A DNA stretch of 64,000 nucleotides. Source: an uncultured Acidobacteriota bacterium. Its GTDB lineage: Bacteria; Acidobacteriota; Thermoanaerobaculia; UBA5066; Gp7-AA6. Made by a program: the position numbers and the translations under genes. The DNA lies in the NCBI GenBank assembly GCA_963742245.1, contig CAVULG010000004.1, positions 279,493-343,492 of the forward strand, given 5' to 3'. The number at the start of each line of letters is the position of its first letter. Position 1 is the first letter of the stretch. The notes beneath the pieces are model-generated. The model was not told where the DNA came from, searched no databases, and saw only the letters and a program-made list of their open reading frames with translations. Of this stretch, positions 8,475-20,300 are shown piece by piece.

Positions 8475-10451
8475 TTACTCGCCGCCCGTCGTCGTCTTGT
8501 AGACCGACTGGGAGGTGCCCACATAGAGAACCTTCGGATTGACGGGATCCATCGCGAGACCCAGCACGCGCACGCCCTCGAGGCCCATGCCGACGGGCAG
8601 CCAGGACTCCCCGCCGTCGGTGCTCTTGAAGACGCCGTCGAACTCGGCTCCCACATAAAGCACGTTGGGACGGGCCGGGTTGACGCGCACACCGCCGGGA
8701 GGCGGCATACGCATGACTTCGGGCAGGCCGTTGCTCTTTACGGTGAACGACGAGCCGCCGTCGGTGCTCTTGAGAACGCCCACGAACAGGGATCCCACGT
8801 AGACGATGTTGGAGTCGGTCGGGTCGACGGTCACGTTCTGCGCCTGGGTCGGGTCGACGTTGATCCAGCTCGCGCCGGCGTCCTGCGATCGCCAGACGCC
8901 GGTGCCGCGGTCGGCGAAATAGACGGTGTTGTGGTTGTTCGGATCGACCGTGATTCCGCGCCCGCTCAGGTCCAGATACTCGTCGGGAGGAGCGCCCGGG
9001 GCGCGGTCGATGCGCGTGAAGGTGTCGCCGAAGTCGGTGCTCTTCCAGATCCCGTCGGCAAACAGAGTTCCGACGTATACCGAATGGTCGACCGGGTCGA
9101 CGGCCACGGCGATCGTAACCTGGTTATCGGCCCCGACCTGTCGGCGTGACCAGCGCTTCCCGTTGTCCACGGACTTGAAGAAGCCGGCCCCCAATGAGCC
9201 CGAGTAGACGCGCCGAGGCTGCTGCGGATCGAACACCACGACGGCGGGCGCGCCACCGATGAAATGGCGGTTGGCGTCTTTCCAGGTCCGGCCGCCGTTT
9301 TCGGTCTCGAGGAGTCCACCCTCGGCCGGGAAGAAGAGGTGCTCGCGATCCGAGGGGTCGATCGCGATCGAAAACCCGCTCTGGCAGGCGCAGTCCTGGA
9401 GCTGCCTCCAACCGAGTCGCCGCCACTTGTTGTCCTGTCCGCGGCTGGCGTCGTCGGCGCTTTCGAATTGTCCCGCCTGGCTGCGATGATGATGATCCCC
9501 CGGAAGCACGAACGCGCCCTCGAAGTTCGTACCGAGGTAGACCGCGCCGGTGCTGTCGGTGCTGAGCGCGAGTCCGCGGCCTTCCGCCACGTCCGTCGCT
9601 CTCCAGGTCGCCCCGCCGTCCCGACTCACCTCGACACCTCCGATGTCGGTGCCGGCGTAGAGCTTGCCGCCGCTCTTGGCGAGCGAAAACACGATGCCGC
9701 GCCTCGGCGATCCGACTCGCACGAAGGAGGCGCCCCCGTCGATGCTCTTGTACACGCCGTTGCCGTTGGTACCGGCGTAGACGATGTTGCCGTTGTTCGG
9801 ATCGACCAGAAACACCGACACGGTCGAATCGATGTCGATCGGCGACCAGGTGGCTGCCCCGTCGATCGACTTGAACGCGCCGTCACCGGTGCCCGCGTAC
9901 AGCACGTTCGGGTTGAACGGGCTGATTGCGAGCGGACCCACCCCGGAGATGCTTTCCACGAGGGACCAGGTCGCTCCGGCGTCGGTGGTTTTCAGCAGGT
10001 CGCCGCCGGCGCCGTAGAGGATGTTCGGGTTGGTCGGATCCATGACCAGGACTGCCCCGCCGCCGTCCATGAAGTTCCAGGTCTCCCCGCCGTCAAGCGA
10101 CTTGAAGAAGCCGAGGTAGACCACGTTCGGGTCGGTCGGATCCACCGCCAGGGAGGTCTCGCTCCGCGGGCTGTTCTCGAGGGCGAAGAAGCGGGAGCCT
10201 CCGTTCGTGCTCTTGTAGAGACCGCCTCCCCCGGCGTTGAGGTAGATCGTGTCAAAGGCCGGGAGCGCCACGATCGGCCCGACCGACGGCGGAGCCGGAC
10301 CGACCGCCTTCCATCCGCGGGCCTGGACGGCGTCGGTGGCTTCCACTTCGGCAATCGCCGCCGTCGACCCGATCAGGCCGGCCAAGGCCACCACGAGACC
10401 CATTCCGCGAAACGCCGCTTTCGACCAGTTTGAGAGCCGTTTGGGATTCAT
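8475..10451 (-). CDS. Secreted BNR/Asp-box repeat beta-propeller protein (GH74/sortilin/Ycf48-like)
   Basis: Intact ORF 8475..10457 with a signal peptide. It has 12 Asp-box-like motifs (STNGGSRF, SLDGGETW, TTDAGATW, SIDGAATW, SIDGGASF, SRDGGATW, TENGGRTW, SVDNGKRW, STDFGDTF, SQDAGASW, STDGGSSF, STDGGESW). The second ATG (10451) is better spaced from GGGAGG. Confidence 0.75.
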   Translation of the reverse strand: MNPKRLSNWSKAAFRGMGLVVALAGLIGSTAAIAEVEATDAVQARGWKAVGPAPPSVGPIVALPAFDTIYLNAGGGGLYKSTNGGSRFFALENSPRSETSLAVDPTDPNVVYLGFFKSLDGGETWNFMDGGGAVLVMDPTNPNILYGAGGDLLKTTDAGATWSLVESISGVGPLAISPFNPNVLYAGTGDGAFKSIDGAATWSPIDIDSTVSVFLVDPNNGNIVYAGTNGNGVYKSIDGGASFVRVGSPRRGIVFSLAKSGGKLYAGTDIGGVEVSRDGGATWRATDVAEGRGLALSTDSTGAVYLGTNFEGAFVLPGDHHHRSQAGQFESADDASRGQDNKWRRLGWRQLQDCACQSGFSIAIDPSDREHLFFPAEGGLLETENGGRTWKDANRHFIGGAPAVVVFDPQQPRRVYSGSLGAGFFKSVDNGKRWSRRQVGADNQVTIAVAVDPVDHSVYVGTLFADGIWKSTDFGDTFTRIDRAPGAPPDEYLDLSGRGITVDPNNHNTVYFADRGTGVWRSQDAGASWINVDPTQAQNVTVDPTDSNIVYVGSLFVGVLKSTDGGSSFTVKSNGLPEVMRMPPPGGVRVNPARPNVLYVGAEFDGVFKSTDGGESWLPVGMGLEGVRVLGLAMDPVNPKVLYVGTSQSVYKTTTGGE

Positions 10452-10546
10452 CGTCATCCTCCCTTTCGTTGGATGGCCCGATGCTGGTTCGGCGGGCCCG
10501 CCGGGGTCCTCGTCGAATCCTCAGAAATCCCTCAAAACGGCCGCGC

Positions 10547-10554
10547 TAGAATCC
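10547..10554 (+). promoter_or_regulatory. -10-like octamer TAGAATCC upstream of the kinase gene
   Basis: Reads tagaatcc, 17 nt before the ATG at 10570. The divergent 112-bp intergenic region also carries GAATCCTC twice. Confidence 0.3.
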
Positions 10555-10569
10555 TCGAACGGTCATCGA

Positions 10570-13179
10570 ATGACGCTTCCGACTGGGTCGCGGCTCGGCC
10601 CGTACGAAATCCTCGCCCCGCTCGGGGCCGGCGGTATGGGCGAGGTCTACCGGGCGCGCGACCCGAGGCTCAATCGCGAGCTCGCAATCAAAGTACTGCC
10701 GGCGTCGATCGCCGGCGACGCCGATTTCCTGACCCGTTTCCAGGCCGAGGCCCGCGCGGCATCCGCTCTGAACCATCCGAACATCGTCACGATCCATGAG
10801 CTCGGCTCGGCGGACGGCGTCTCCTACATCCTCATGGAGCTGGTCGACGGGAAGACCGTCCGCGACCTTCTCGACGCCGGACCGCCTCCCCTGAAGAAGA
10901 CCCTCCAGGTCGCCGCCCAGGCGGCGGACGGGCTCGCCGCCGCTCACGCGCGCGGCATCGTGCACCGCGACCTGAAGCCCGAGAACCTGATGATCACGCG
11001 GGACGGCATCGTCAAGATCCTCGACTTCGGACTGGCCAAGTCGTCCCCCCTGTACTCCGGAGCGGGAGAAACGACGGGCTCATACGCGGTCGCGGTCACG
11101 CAGCCCGGGAGCGTCCTCGGCACCGTCGGCTACATGTCTCCCGAGCAGGCGTCCGGCCGGTCGCTCGATTTTCGCTCCGACCAGTTTTCCTTCGGCACGA
11201 TCCTCTACGAGATGCTGACCGGCAAGCGGGCCTGGAAGCGGGGCACGACCGCCGAGACGCTGACGGCAATCATTCGCGAAGACCCCGAGCCGCCGATCTC
11301 CGCCGCGGCGCCGCAAACGCCGACGGCGCTGCGCTGGGTGGTGGAGCGCTGTCTCGCCAAGGATCCGCACGACCGCTACGCGTCGACGCGCGACCTGGCC
11401 CGCGACCTCGCGACGGTCAAGGATCGCTTGAGCGAGATCAGCGGCGTGGAGGCGAGCCGTGCGGCGACTCCGTCTCGGCGGCGAAAGAGCGCGATCCTGG
11501 CCGCTGCGATCGCGGCCGTGGCGCTCGGCGCGGGCGCGCTGCTGTCATCCATGCTCCGCAACGCAGACAAGCCCCTCCCGACCTGGACCCAGGTCGGCTT
11601 TCGCCGCGGCACGGTCTGGTCCGGGCGCTTCGCTCCCGACGGGCAGACGATCGTGTACAGCGCCGCCTGGGACGGCGGCCCCGCGAGGATCTACTCGACC
11701 CGGCCGGGCTCGAACGAAACGCGCACTCTCGATCTGGCGCCGGGGAAGCTGGAGGCGATCGCATGGAACAACGAGATCGTCTTTCTTCGCGATCTTCGCC
11801 TCTCAACGATCTTCACCCAGCCGGGCACCCTCGTGCGGGCCGGGCTCGAGGGCGGCGTCGGGCGGGACATTCTCGAAAATGTGCAGGCCGCCGACTGGTC
11901 TCCCGATGGCTCCCAGCTCGCCGTCGCCCGCGAGATCGATGGAAAGGTTCGACTGGAGTACCCGATCGGCAAGAAGCTCTACGAGACCAAGTCTTCCATC
12001 AACAGCCTGAAGATCTCGCCGGACGGCGCCTGGATCGCTTTCATGGAGCACATGAGCAAAGTCGTGGCCGTCCGCGTTTCCGACGGAGAACGTCGGGTCC
12101 TCTCCGAAGGCTGGTTTGCCAGCGCGGGAGTCGCCTGGGCGCCGGATGGCGCCGAGGTCTGGTTCACGCCCCAGAAACAGGTGCGGGACAGCAGTCCGGC
12201 TCTCATGGCGGTCGACCTCTCGGGAAAGCAGAGGGAGGTCGTCGTCGGGCCCGGGCAATTGCGTCTCTACGACATCGCTCCCGACGGGCGCCTCCTGATC
12301 GCGCGCTGGGACGTTCAGCTCGGCCTGCGCGGCTCGTCTTCCCCGGCGGGCCCGGAGCGCGAGCTGGCCGCGACCGACGACAGCTTTCTTTCCGATCTCT
12401 CACGCGATGGACGCACGGTGCTCTTTGGCGACCGGAACGCCCTCTACCTCCGCGCGATGGATGGCTCGCCTCCCCTGCGCCTGGGCGACGGCTACGATCA
12501 GTACACTCCGCGACTCTCGCCCGACGGGAAGTGGGTTCTGACAGTCACGGACGACGGCAAGGATTTTCCCTTGCTCGTTCCGGTCGGGGCGGGAGAAGAG
12601 CGCCGCATCGAATCGCACGCGTGCGATCGGGTGGATTGGTTCCCGGACGGAGAGCGCATCCTCTGCCAGCGCCGCAATCCCTCCGGCCGGATGAATCTGA
12701 CCGTGATCGAGCTGGCGTCGGGAAAGGCGACCGAGATCAAGATCGCCGAGACCGCGGTGGACTTCGGGCCGATCTCCCCGGACGGTGCCTCCATCGCCGG
12801 GATGGGCGAGGGCGGGGACATTTTCATCCAGCCATTCGCGGGCGGTGAGCCTCGGCGCATTCCTCTCGAGAGCGAACGGTTCCGAAACATCGACCCGGCC
12901 ACGGGTCGCGAAGCGAGACGAGCGGGCGGTGTCCTTCTGGTCGGATGGGCTGCCGACGGACGGCACCTCTTTCTCCACCGTCATGGCGAAGTGCCCCATC
13001 CGGTGTGGGAACTCGATCTCGCAACGGGAGCCATCGAGCCTTACAAGGTGCTGACGCTGGAAGATCTGGCCGGCGTCGTCCGGATTCACCCGTTGAAAGT
13101 CGCGCCCGACGGCCGATCCTGGGCCTACACCTACACCCGTGTGCTCTCCAACCTCTACGTCGTCGAAGGCGTGAAATGA
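10570..13179 (+). CDS. Hanks-type Ser/Thr protein kinase with one TM helix and a periplasmic PD40/TolB-like beta-propeller
   Basis: Starts in frame at [15 protein letters not shown] within ORF 10249..13179. Kinase motifs: [35 protein letters not shown] segment [21 protein letters not shown]. About 450 aa follow with repeated SPDG/APDG-W propeller motifs. Confidence 0.85.
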   Translation: MTLPTGSRLGPYEILAPLGAGGMGEVYRARDPRLNRELAIKVLPASIAGDADFLTRFQAEARAASALNHPNIVTIHELGSADGVSYILMELVDGKTVRDLLDAGPPPLKKTLQVAAQAADGLAAAHARGIVHRDLKPENLMITRDGIVKILDFGLAKSSPLYSGAGETTGSYAVAVTQPGSVLGTVGYMSPEQASGRSLDFRSDQFSFGTILYEMLTGKRAWKRGTTAETLTAIIREDPEPPISAAAPQTPTALRWVVERCLAKDPHDRYASTRDLARDLATVKDRLSEISGVEASRAATPSRRRKSAILAAAIAAVALGAGALLSSMLRNADKPLPTWTQVGFRRGTVWSGRFAPDGQTIVYSAAWDGGPARIYSTRPGSNETRTLDLAPGKLEAIAWNNEIVFLRDLRLSTIFTQPGTLVRAGLEGGVGRDILENVQAADWSPDGSQLAVAREIDGKVRLEYPIGKKLYETKSSINSLKISPDGAWIAFMEHMSKVVAVRVSDGERRVLSEGWFASAGVAWAPDGAEVWFTPQKQVRDSSPALMAVDLSGKQREVVVGPGQLRLYDIAPDGRLLIARWDVQLGLRGSSSPAGPERELAATDDSFLSDLSRDGRTVLFGDRNALYLRAMDGSPPLRLGDGYDQYTPRLSPDGKWVLTVTDDGKDFPLLVPVGAGEERRIESHACDRVDWFPDGERILCQRRNPSGRMNLTVIELASGKATEIKIAETAVDFGPISPDGASIAGMGEGGDIFIQPFAGGEPRRIPLESERFRNIDPATGREARRAGGVLLVGWAADGRHLFLHRHGEVPHPVWELDLATGAIEPYKVLTLEDLAGVVRIHPLKVAPDGRSWAYTYTRVLSNLYVVEGVK

Positions 13180-13192
13180 GCGCGGCGTCGGG

Positions 13193-13627
13193 CTAGAACG
13201 GAATCAAAGGCGAGTACCAGGAGTCGCCGGAGGCGCGTGACCGCGCAAATACGAGGGCACCCAGGCCCGACTTGCCGAGCGTGGTCGCGACCATGTCCGC
13301 GAAGTACGCAGGGGCCGGACCCACCTGGAAGGAGCCCAACGGCTGCGCCGAGCTGTCGATCCCCTGGGCGAGCCATGCGACGGCCACCCTCCGGGACTGC
13401 GGGCCCGCGGCGAGAATCGTGACTTCCGTCCGGAACTCGGTGCCGTTGGCGTCCTCGACGTGGCCCGCGACCGGAATCACGAAGTGGTTGCTGGATGCCG
13501 TGTGATGGGCGAGGACATCGGCGAGCAACTCGCCGACGGTCGCGACCGGCTGCGCGGATACCGCGGCGCCGACTCCGAAGGCTCCGACTCCGAAGAACCA
13601 GGCCCGAACCGAACGCCGGCCTCGCAC
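13193..13627 (-). CDS. Small secreted hypothetical protein
   Basis: 144-aa ORF with a GTG start and a signal-like N-terminus (WFFGVGAFGVGAAVSAQP). Segment VIPVAGHVEDANGTEFRTEVTILA resembles an uncharacterised secreted family. It sits between the kinase and the FHA regulator. Confidence 0.45.
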   Translation of the reverse strand: MRGRRSVRAWFFGVGAFGVGAAVSAQPVATVGELLADVLAHHTASSNHFVIPVAGHVEDANGTEFRTEVTILAAGPQSRRVAVAWLAQGIDSSAQPLGSFQVGPAPAYFADMVATTLGKSGLGALVFARSRASGDSWYSPLIPF

Positions 13628-13716
13628 CCATCAATTCATGACGGGTCCTCCTGCATGGGCGAGATCCTGGCCCGCCCGACGCCTCCGTGTCCTTGTAGAC
13701 TTCTCAGATATTCCTC

Positions 13717-14346
13717 ATGCGACTCGACCTGGGAACCGTCACGCTCGACACGGATCGCCACCAGGTGCTCCGCGGCACCGCGCCCGCGCATCTGTCGACG
13801 AAGGCGTATCAACTGCTCGAGCTCCTCGTCGAGAATCGGCCCAGGGCGCTTTCCAAAGACGAGCTGCAGCATGCGCTCTGGCCCGACACATTCGTCTCGG
13901 ACACGAGCCTGACCACGCTCGTCAACGAGATCCGAACCCTGCTTTCCGAAACGGCCCGCGAGCCGAAGTGGATTCGCACCGTTCACGGCTACGGCTATGC
14001 GTTCGAGGGCGAGCCGAGCCCGACGCTGCCTTCGGGCTGCCGCCTCGTCTGGGGAGAGCACGAGATCCTGCTCGAGGAGGGAGAGAACGTCCTCGGCCGC
14101 GATCCGGGCACCCGGGGCTGCATCCCCGACGCGTCCATGTCCCGGCGGCACGCGCGGATCACGGTCCGCAGCGGGACCGCGACGCTCGAGGACCTCGAGA
14201 GCAAGAACGGAACCTGGGTCGGCGAGGCGCGCGTGACGGCGCCGACGCTCCTCGCCGACGGCGACCAGGTTCGCCTGGGCCTCGTCCGCCTCGTCTTCCG
14301 CGCGCCGCCCGGCAGTCTCCTGACCACCACGCGCACGGTGCGCTAG
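13717..14346 (+). CDS. Transcriptional regulator: OmpR/PhoB-type winged helix (Trans_reg_C) fused to an FHA domain (EmbR-like, no BTAD, no receiver)
   Basis: Intact 209-aa ORF. N-terminal half: LSTKAYQLLELLVENRPRALSKDELQHALWPD..WIRTVHGYGYAF. C-terminal half carries FHA signature residues: LGRD..ASMSRRHARI..LEDLESKNGTWV..LADGDQVRLG. Confidence 0.8.
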   Translation: MRLDLGTVTLDTDRHQVLRGTAPAHLSTKAYQLLELLVENRPRALSKDELQHALWPDTFVSDTSLTTLVNEIRTLLSETAREPKWIRTVHGYGYAFEGEPSPTLPSGCRLVWGEHEILLEEGENVLGRDPGTRGCIPDASMSRRHARITVRSGTATLEDLESKNGTWVGEARVTAPTLLADGDQVRLGLVRLVFRAPPGSLLTTTRTVR

Positions 14347-14353
14347 CCCGCCC

Positions 14354-14378
14354 GGGCGGCCACAAGGGCCGCCCCTAC
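14354..14378 (-). repeat. REP-like element: GTAG head plus perfect 8-bp palindrome (GTAG-GGGCGGCC-CTTGT-GGCCGCCC)
   Basis: Lies between the convergent regulator (stop 14346) and A2M (stop 14375..14377, which is the TAG of the GTAG head). Same family as 60540..60564 and 52507..52672. Confidence 0.6.
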
Positions 14379-17300
14379 GGAGAAATCGTCAGCACGGTTC
14401 CCGCCGAATAGGCGTGGAACTCCGGTGCGTACATGGACTGCACCGTCGCTGGCGCGACTTTGAACGTCCCCGCCATGCTCGCGCGGATGCGGTGCTTGAA
14501 CGTGTACTCCCCCGCCGGCAAATGCTCGAAGAAGAAGTTGGAGCCCGAGTCGCGGGTTTCCTCGTACCAGGCAATCCCGAGGTCCCACTTGTACTTCGAC
14601 AGCACGTTCTGCGGCTCCGCGCCGGCCGGCCGCGGGTCGCGCAGGTGGACGTACTCGGCGGCATGCTTCGCGCGCAGCGAGATCTGGACTTCGATCTCGT
14701 CGCCGGCCTGGAGCTTCGCGCCCTCGGCGATGGGCTTGAGCACGAAGCCCGACGGTGTCGACGCACGCAGGAAGTACTTGCGCGAGACCGCGAAGAAGTC
14801 CCCGCGGTCTTCGGCCGGAAGCTTCTCGGTCGAGAAGTTCCACGTGGCCGAGGCAAACGCAAGGCCCTTGCCCGTCTTCGAGACTCCGATCGTCGAATCC
14901 CGCTTCGGATCGATCTTCTCGCCGGGAACCACGATCTGGTTGCGCTTGCCCGTGTAGCGGTCGGGCTCGAAGGCAAACGTCGTCTTCTGGCTCGCGACGT
15001 CGACGACGACCTCCTCGCGCACGGCGAGGGCGCCCTCTTTGCGGAGGTACCAGACCACGGCGTAGATCACCTCGGCCGTGGCGCGGGTCGACTTCCACTG
15101 GTTCAGCTTCTTGTTGAGGAAGAGCCACTGGACGAGACCGTGGCGGCGCGCGTCGGCCGGCGACAGCTCCGCCAGCACCCGGAGCGCGAAGGCCTGCGTC
15201 TCGATCGTGTCGTTGTACCAGAGCCACGACCGGTCCTCCGGCGCGAAGTACGTACCGAGGTCCTGGTCCGTCTTCGCCGCATCCATCACCGAGTCCCACA
15301 CCAACTTCGCATCGCCGGGGCGCGCCGCGCGCTTCAGGGTCAGCGCGAGCTGGCCCTTGAGATACGGCGAGTGGCTCTTCCAGTGCGCAAACGAGTAGTC
15401 GAGGAGCTTCTTGCGATACGCGGCGTCGAACGCGGGGGCGTACCAGGACGCGTCGGGATACGAAGACAGGACGTAGTTGACGAACGTCACGTACTCGCAC
15501 GTCCCCTTGTGGGCCATGCACGATTCGAGGTCCTTGCGAATCTCGGCACCCGCGTACCGCCAGGCGGCCTGCGCCATGTCTTTGGGAACCTCGACGCCGA
15601 ACTCGAGCGCGTGCGCAAAGCCGCTCAGGATGTAGAGCGTCATGTACTCCGATGGCGGGCCGCCCGGCCACCACGGGAACCCGCCCGACTGCGTCTGCGC
15701 CTTGCGCAGCTTCGCGAGCGCGACCTCCCGGTCCGCCTTCGCGATGCGCGAATCGAGGACCCGCGTCAGGTCGGCGCCCGGCTTGCCGCCCCGGGATTCC
15801 TGGAGCCAGGGGGTCTCCTCGAGGGCCATGCGGCGGTTGGGGTCGTCGCCCGCCCACGGCTCGAGCTGCGCGTCGCGCTTGCTCATCTCCTGCGCCATGG
15901 CGGCGACCGCCGGGTAGTCCTTGAAGACGGACGACACGATGCCGGTCGAGAGGAAGCGATTCAGTGTCTGCTCGGTGCACTCGTAGGGGTAGTTCACGAG
16001 GTACGGGAGCGCCGAGAGGAGCGAGTAGAAGAGCTGCCCGTCGATCGTGACGACGAGCTGCTCGTCGATCCGCGACGGATCGTCGCCCGCGGCCATGTCG
16101 GCAAAGCGCAGCGTCCGAGACTCCCCGCCCCTGAGCGCCGCAAAGCGCGACTGCGCGAGCTGCATCCTTCCGGGCAGGACCGGCACGGGCCGCCGCTCGC
16201 CGTCGGAGAGATCGCCGGAAATCGCCCGTGCTTCGATGGCGTAGGAGCCGACGCGTTTGGGCGTCGTCAGCTTGAACGTCACGTCCGCGCCGGCCCCCGC
16301 CGCCGCCGAGAAGGCCTGGGTCGCCCGCTCGGGCGAGAGACCGAAGGCCGCGAGCGCGCTCGTCGAGGTCTCGAGGTCGACGATGTCGAGCGTGACCTTC
16401 CCCGAAAGCCCGCGCGCCGACGCGTTGTTGACGACGACCTTCAGGTCCGCGAGATCGCCCTCGCGCAGGAACCGCGGCACGTAGGGGCGGACCATCAGGT
16501 CCTTGACGCTCTTCGCCTCCTTGTGGACCGAGCCCGACTTCAGATCCTTCGTCACGGCGTGGACCCAGACGTTCCAGGAGGTGACCGAGTCGGGAACCGC
16601 GAACTCGATCGACACGGACCCGTCGCGCCCCGTCAGGAGCTGCGGCTTCCAGAACGCCGTCTCGGAGAAGTCGGAGCGGAGCGTCACGGCCTCCGTCGAG
16701 GCGGGGGCGTCGGCACGGGACCTCTCCTTGTCTTCCTCCTTGGCGGCGTTCTGCCGGCCCACGACACCTCCGACGATGCCTCCCGGCACACCGCCCTCGA
16801 CGGGCGCCGAGGCCGGCGCGATCGCGTCGGCGGCGGCCATCTTCGACATCGCGTAGACGCCGCGCCTCCCGGGCCCGCCCAGATGCGTAGCCGCCGTAGA
16901 ACTTCAAGCTGTCGGCGCGCAGGCTCGGATACGACGGAAGCGACCGGGAACTGGCCGCGGACATGCTCGAAATCCGCCTGGCCGAGGCTTGCGAACGGCT
17001 CCACGGCGACCTCGGTCCGGTTCGGGATAGAGGCGAGAGGACGCTCGCGGGATTGTGCGGGACGAACGCATCCAGGCTCCGGTCGTACATGTACGCGAGG
17101 AGCTCCGCCGCTGCGCTCTCGACCGGCGTTCCCGTGGGCGCTGTCGACCTTCACCGTCCAGGTCTCGCGCGCCCGGGCCGCAGCGTGTCGCGGAACGTCG
17201 AGAACGCGACCTTCAGCTCCTCGTCGTCCCAGGGCACGAAGATCGACCGGGTCTGCATGACGAGCTGGTGATCCGCGCACCATCGTGAGCTTCACGCCGA

Positions 17301-20300
17301 ATCCGCCGCGGTGCTTCTCCTCGATCGGGATCTCGATGACGGCCGGCGAGTCCCCGGCGACGAGCGTGCGCCGCTCGATGGGCCGGCCGTCCCGGTCGAT
17401 CTCGAAGAGGAGCGCTGGCCCGGGAATGCCCGAGGTCGCCAGCAGTCCGGGCGGTGCCGCCGACGGGACCGACGGCTGCTCGGCCGCAAGCTCCGCCGCG
17501 AGCGCCAGCGGCATCGACTTCCGCCGCCCGCGACCACGAAATCGCGCGGCACCTCGAGCTCCGCCCCGAACTCGTCGCGCGTGGAATAGAGGCAGGCGAT
17601 AGGCTCCGGCGGGAAGCTCGGGCACCGGCGACGCTCGCCCGGCCCTTCTCGTCGTGCGTCACGTCGCCGCGCGCTGATCTCGCGGCCCTCCTTCCACGAG
17701 GCCATGACGCGCTCCGGGGCGTACTGGGTCTCCCAGCGCGCGCGCTGCGCATCGCCGGGCAGTGCGGAAGCCGCCGTCCGGATTGCGCCCCGAAGGCCCG
17801 TCGGGTGGCAGATCCGCCGGCAGAGCCGTCTCCGCCGGCTGGTCCAGGCGCGACGATGCGCCAGGAGCCGGCGCCCGCCCGCGGCACGCCGTCGAGGTCG
17901 TCCGCAGGAGCGTGATCGACTCCTTGCCCGGCCGTCGCGCAGGAACCCGCCCGGCAGCTCGATTCGCGCTTCACGGCGATGAATCCCAGCCGGAAGGTCG
18001 CGCGAGTCCGACCGGGTCTCGCCGCCCTCGTCCGGAAGCATCGGCGTGGATCGAGTACGAGTACGTGACGGCGCGGCGGTCCGCGTTGGCGGACAGGCGC
18101 TCGTCCGCCTTGGGCGTGAAGGCGAGCGTGAAGGTGCCGTCCGCCTGCAGCGCGGATTCGCCCGTGGCGACCATCTCGGTCCGGGCTGGCCCGCCCCAGC
18201 CGCGCCACCAGTACCAGTCGGGATACGACGGCGTCCGCTCGACGCGCCACGCGCACCTTCCCGGAGGCGACGGGCAGGCCGAAGTAGTACCGCGCCTCGC
18301 CGGTCAGCCGCGCCGGGCGGTTGAGCCGGAGCGGCTCCGCCGGGTCCTTCAGCGTCACCTCGAAGGTCGGCCGCTTGTACTCCTCGACCCGGACCGAGGC
18401 CGAGCCCGAGAGCGACGTATCGACTCTCCAGGCGCCGAGCGCGCGCCCCGACGGGATCGAGAACTCGCCCGCCGCCGTGCCGAACTCGTTCGTCGTGACG
18501 GCGCGGGACTCGACGGTCTGGTTGTTCTGGTCGATGAGATTGACCGTCACGGACGCCCGCGGGTAGACCGCGAAGCGGCCCTCGCGCGGGTTGCCCCGGT
18601 ACGCGAGGACCTTCCAGAGGACCTTCTGCTGCGGGCGGTAGATGCTGCGATCCGTGAAGACGAGGGACGCCGTCGTCTGATCGGGCGGCTCCGACGCCGT
18701 CCAGTAGGGCGCGTCGAGGTCGAGGGCGAGATCGCGTCCGAGCCGCGCGTAGAGGAATCGCCGCCCGCGCTGGTCGTCTGCGGGAACCGGGAGGTCGACG
18801 ATCCCGTTCGCGTCCGTCGCGCCCGAGGACGACGCGCGAGATGCGCACCGGGCTCCATTCACCGCGCAGCAGCTCGACCGATACGCCCGCGCAGCGGTCG
18901 TCCGGTCGCGCCCGACACGGCACGCACGTCGAGAGTGCCCGCGCCGTTTCCGCCGCGCGGTGTCGTCGAAGATGCGGGCGCCGGACGCGGGGCTTGAGCC
19001 GTGACGAGCACGAGGTCGCTGACGAGGTAGCTCGCCGCGGACACCGGCGCGTTGACGCCCGCGAAGCGCGCCCCGCCGGGAGCGGCGACGACGTACAGAC
19101 CCTTGGCCTCCATCGGGGGCACGACGTAGGTCCGGTGCTCGCGGTAGTCGGGAGTCGCGGGCAGGGCAACGGACCATTCCGCGGCCGGCCGGGCGGCCTG
19201 CACAGGATCGCCGCGAACTCGTCGCGCTGGGGAAGGAGACGGTTCAGGTCGCGTGATCGAGCGGCGATGCGCTCGGGCAGGTCGAGAGCGTATGCACGGA
19301 AGTACAGGCGCGTGACGTTCTTGTGCGTGACGAGGATCGAGCGGCGCTTCGCGGCGTCGGTGCGCATCGCGTAGACGTGGTAGCCCGGGCGCCTGGATCG
19401 CGGGCCACGATCGCCTGGCAGCGCCGGCCACCCGACCGAGACGGGGAACGCCGCGAGGCCCGCCTCCGCCGCTTCGCGCGCGCGCACGAGCGCGTCGGGC
19501 GCGTCGTCCTGCTCGCGGAGCTCCGCGAGCTGCGCCTGTCCCATGGCGTACCACGGCAGCTTCGCCATCGCCGGCAGACGCGCCTCGAGGTCCTTCGGAT
19601 CGCCTCGCGATCCGCGTCCTCCGTGAACGCGCCCTGGAGGCGGCGCAGCCTCTCGAGGCGCGCCTCGAACTCGGCCTCCTTCTCGCCCCGGCCGGCGTGC
19701 CAGCCCTCGAGGTCCGCGAGGACCGCGACGAGCCGCTCGACCGGGTGGACCGCCGGGTCGCCGAGCTTGCCGCCACGTTCGCGGTCGACGCGGCGTCCGC
19801 CCGCAGCAGCGCCGCGAGGTCGAGCGCGAAGACGGCGTTGGACTGCTCGGGGCTCCAGCCCGAGGTATCGGCGAGCAGCGCGGCAAAGAAATACGCGACG
19901 CTGTCGCGCAGCGTGTCCCGGATGCCCGGCGGGTAGTCGTTGACCTCGACGAACTCGGCGAGCGCCTTCACCTTCTGCGCGCCGAGCGCCTCGCGGTCCT
20001 TCCAGATCGCGACGTACGCGCCGATGGCTGCGTCGTAGATCTGCTCGCGCGTCCAGGCCTTCAAGTCGACGGCCCCGGTAGACTCGACGCGCTCGCGCTT
20101 CGAGACCTCCCAGGAATACATCTGCGCGTAGTTCACGAGCGACTGCGCGTAGAAGAGCTCGAGCGCCGTGCGCGACAGGAGATCGGGGGGCCACGGCTCG
20201 TCCTTCAGGAAGCGGACCGCCGTTTCGTAGCCGTGCAGCCCCGTTCGCAGCTGCACCGAGCGGATGAGCGCCTTCGTCCAGTCGGCCGCATCTTTGCGCG

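Noticed and set aside
13155-13634. Alternative 159-aa minus-frame ORF overlapping 13193..13627.
   Set aside because: It is an Arg-rich shadow frame. The chosen frame has a signal peptide and a family-like core.
14414-17260. Very long plus-strand ORFs (14414..17260 at 948 aa; also 57674..59839, 32347..34608, 3987..5462, 9264..10433, 40141..41874, 30242..31717).
   Set aside because: They lie antisense to well-supported minus-strand genes. They are dominated by Arg/Pro/Gly/Asp runs with no recognisable motifs. Open shadow frames like these are typical of very GC-rich DNA.
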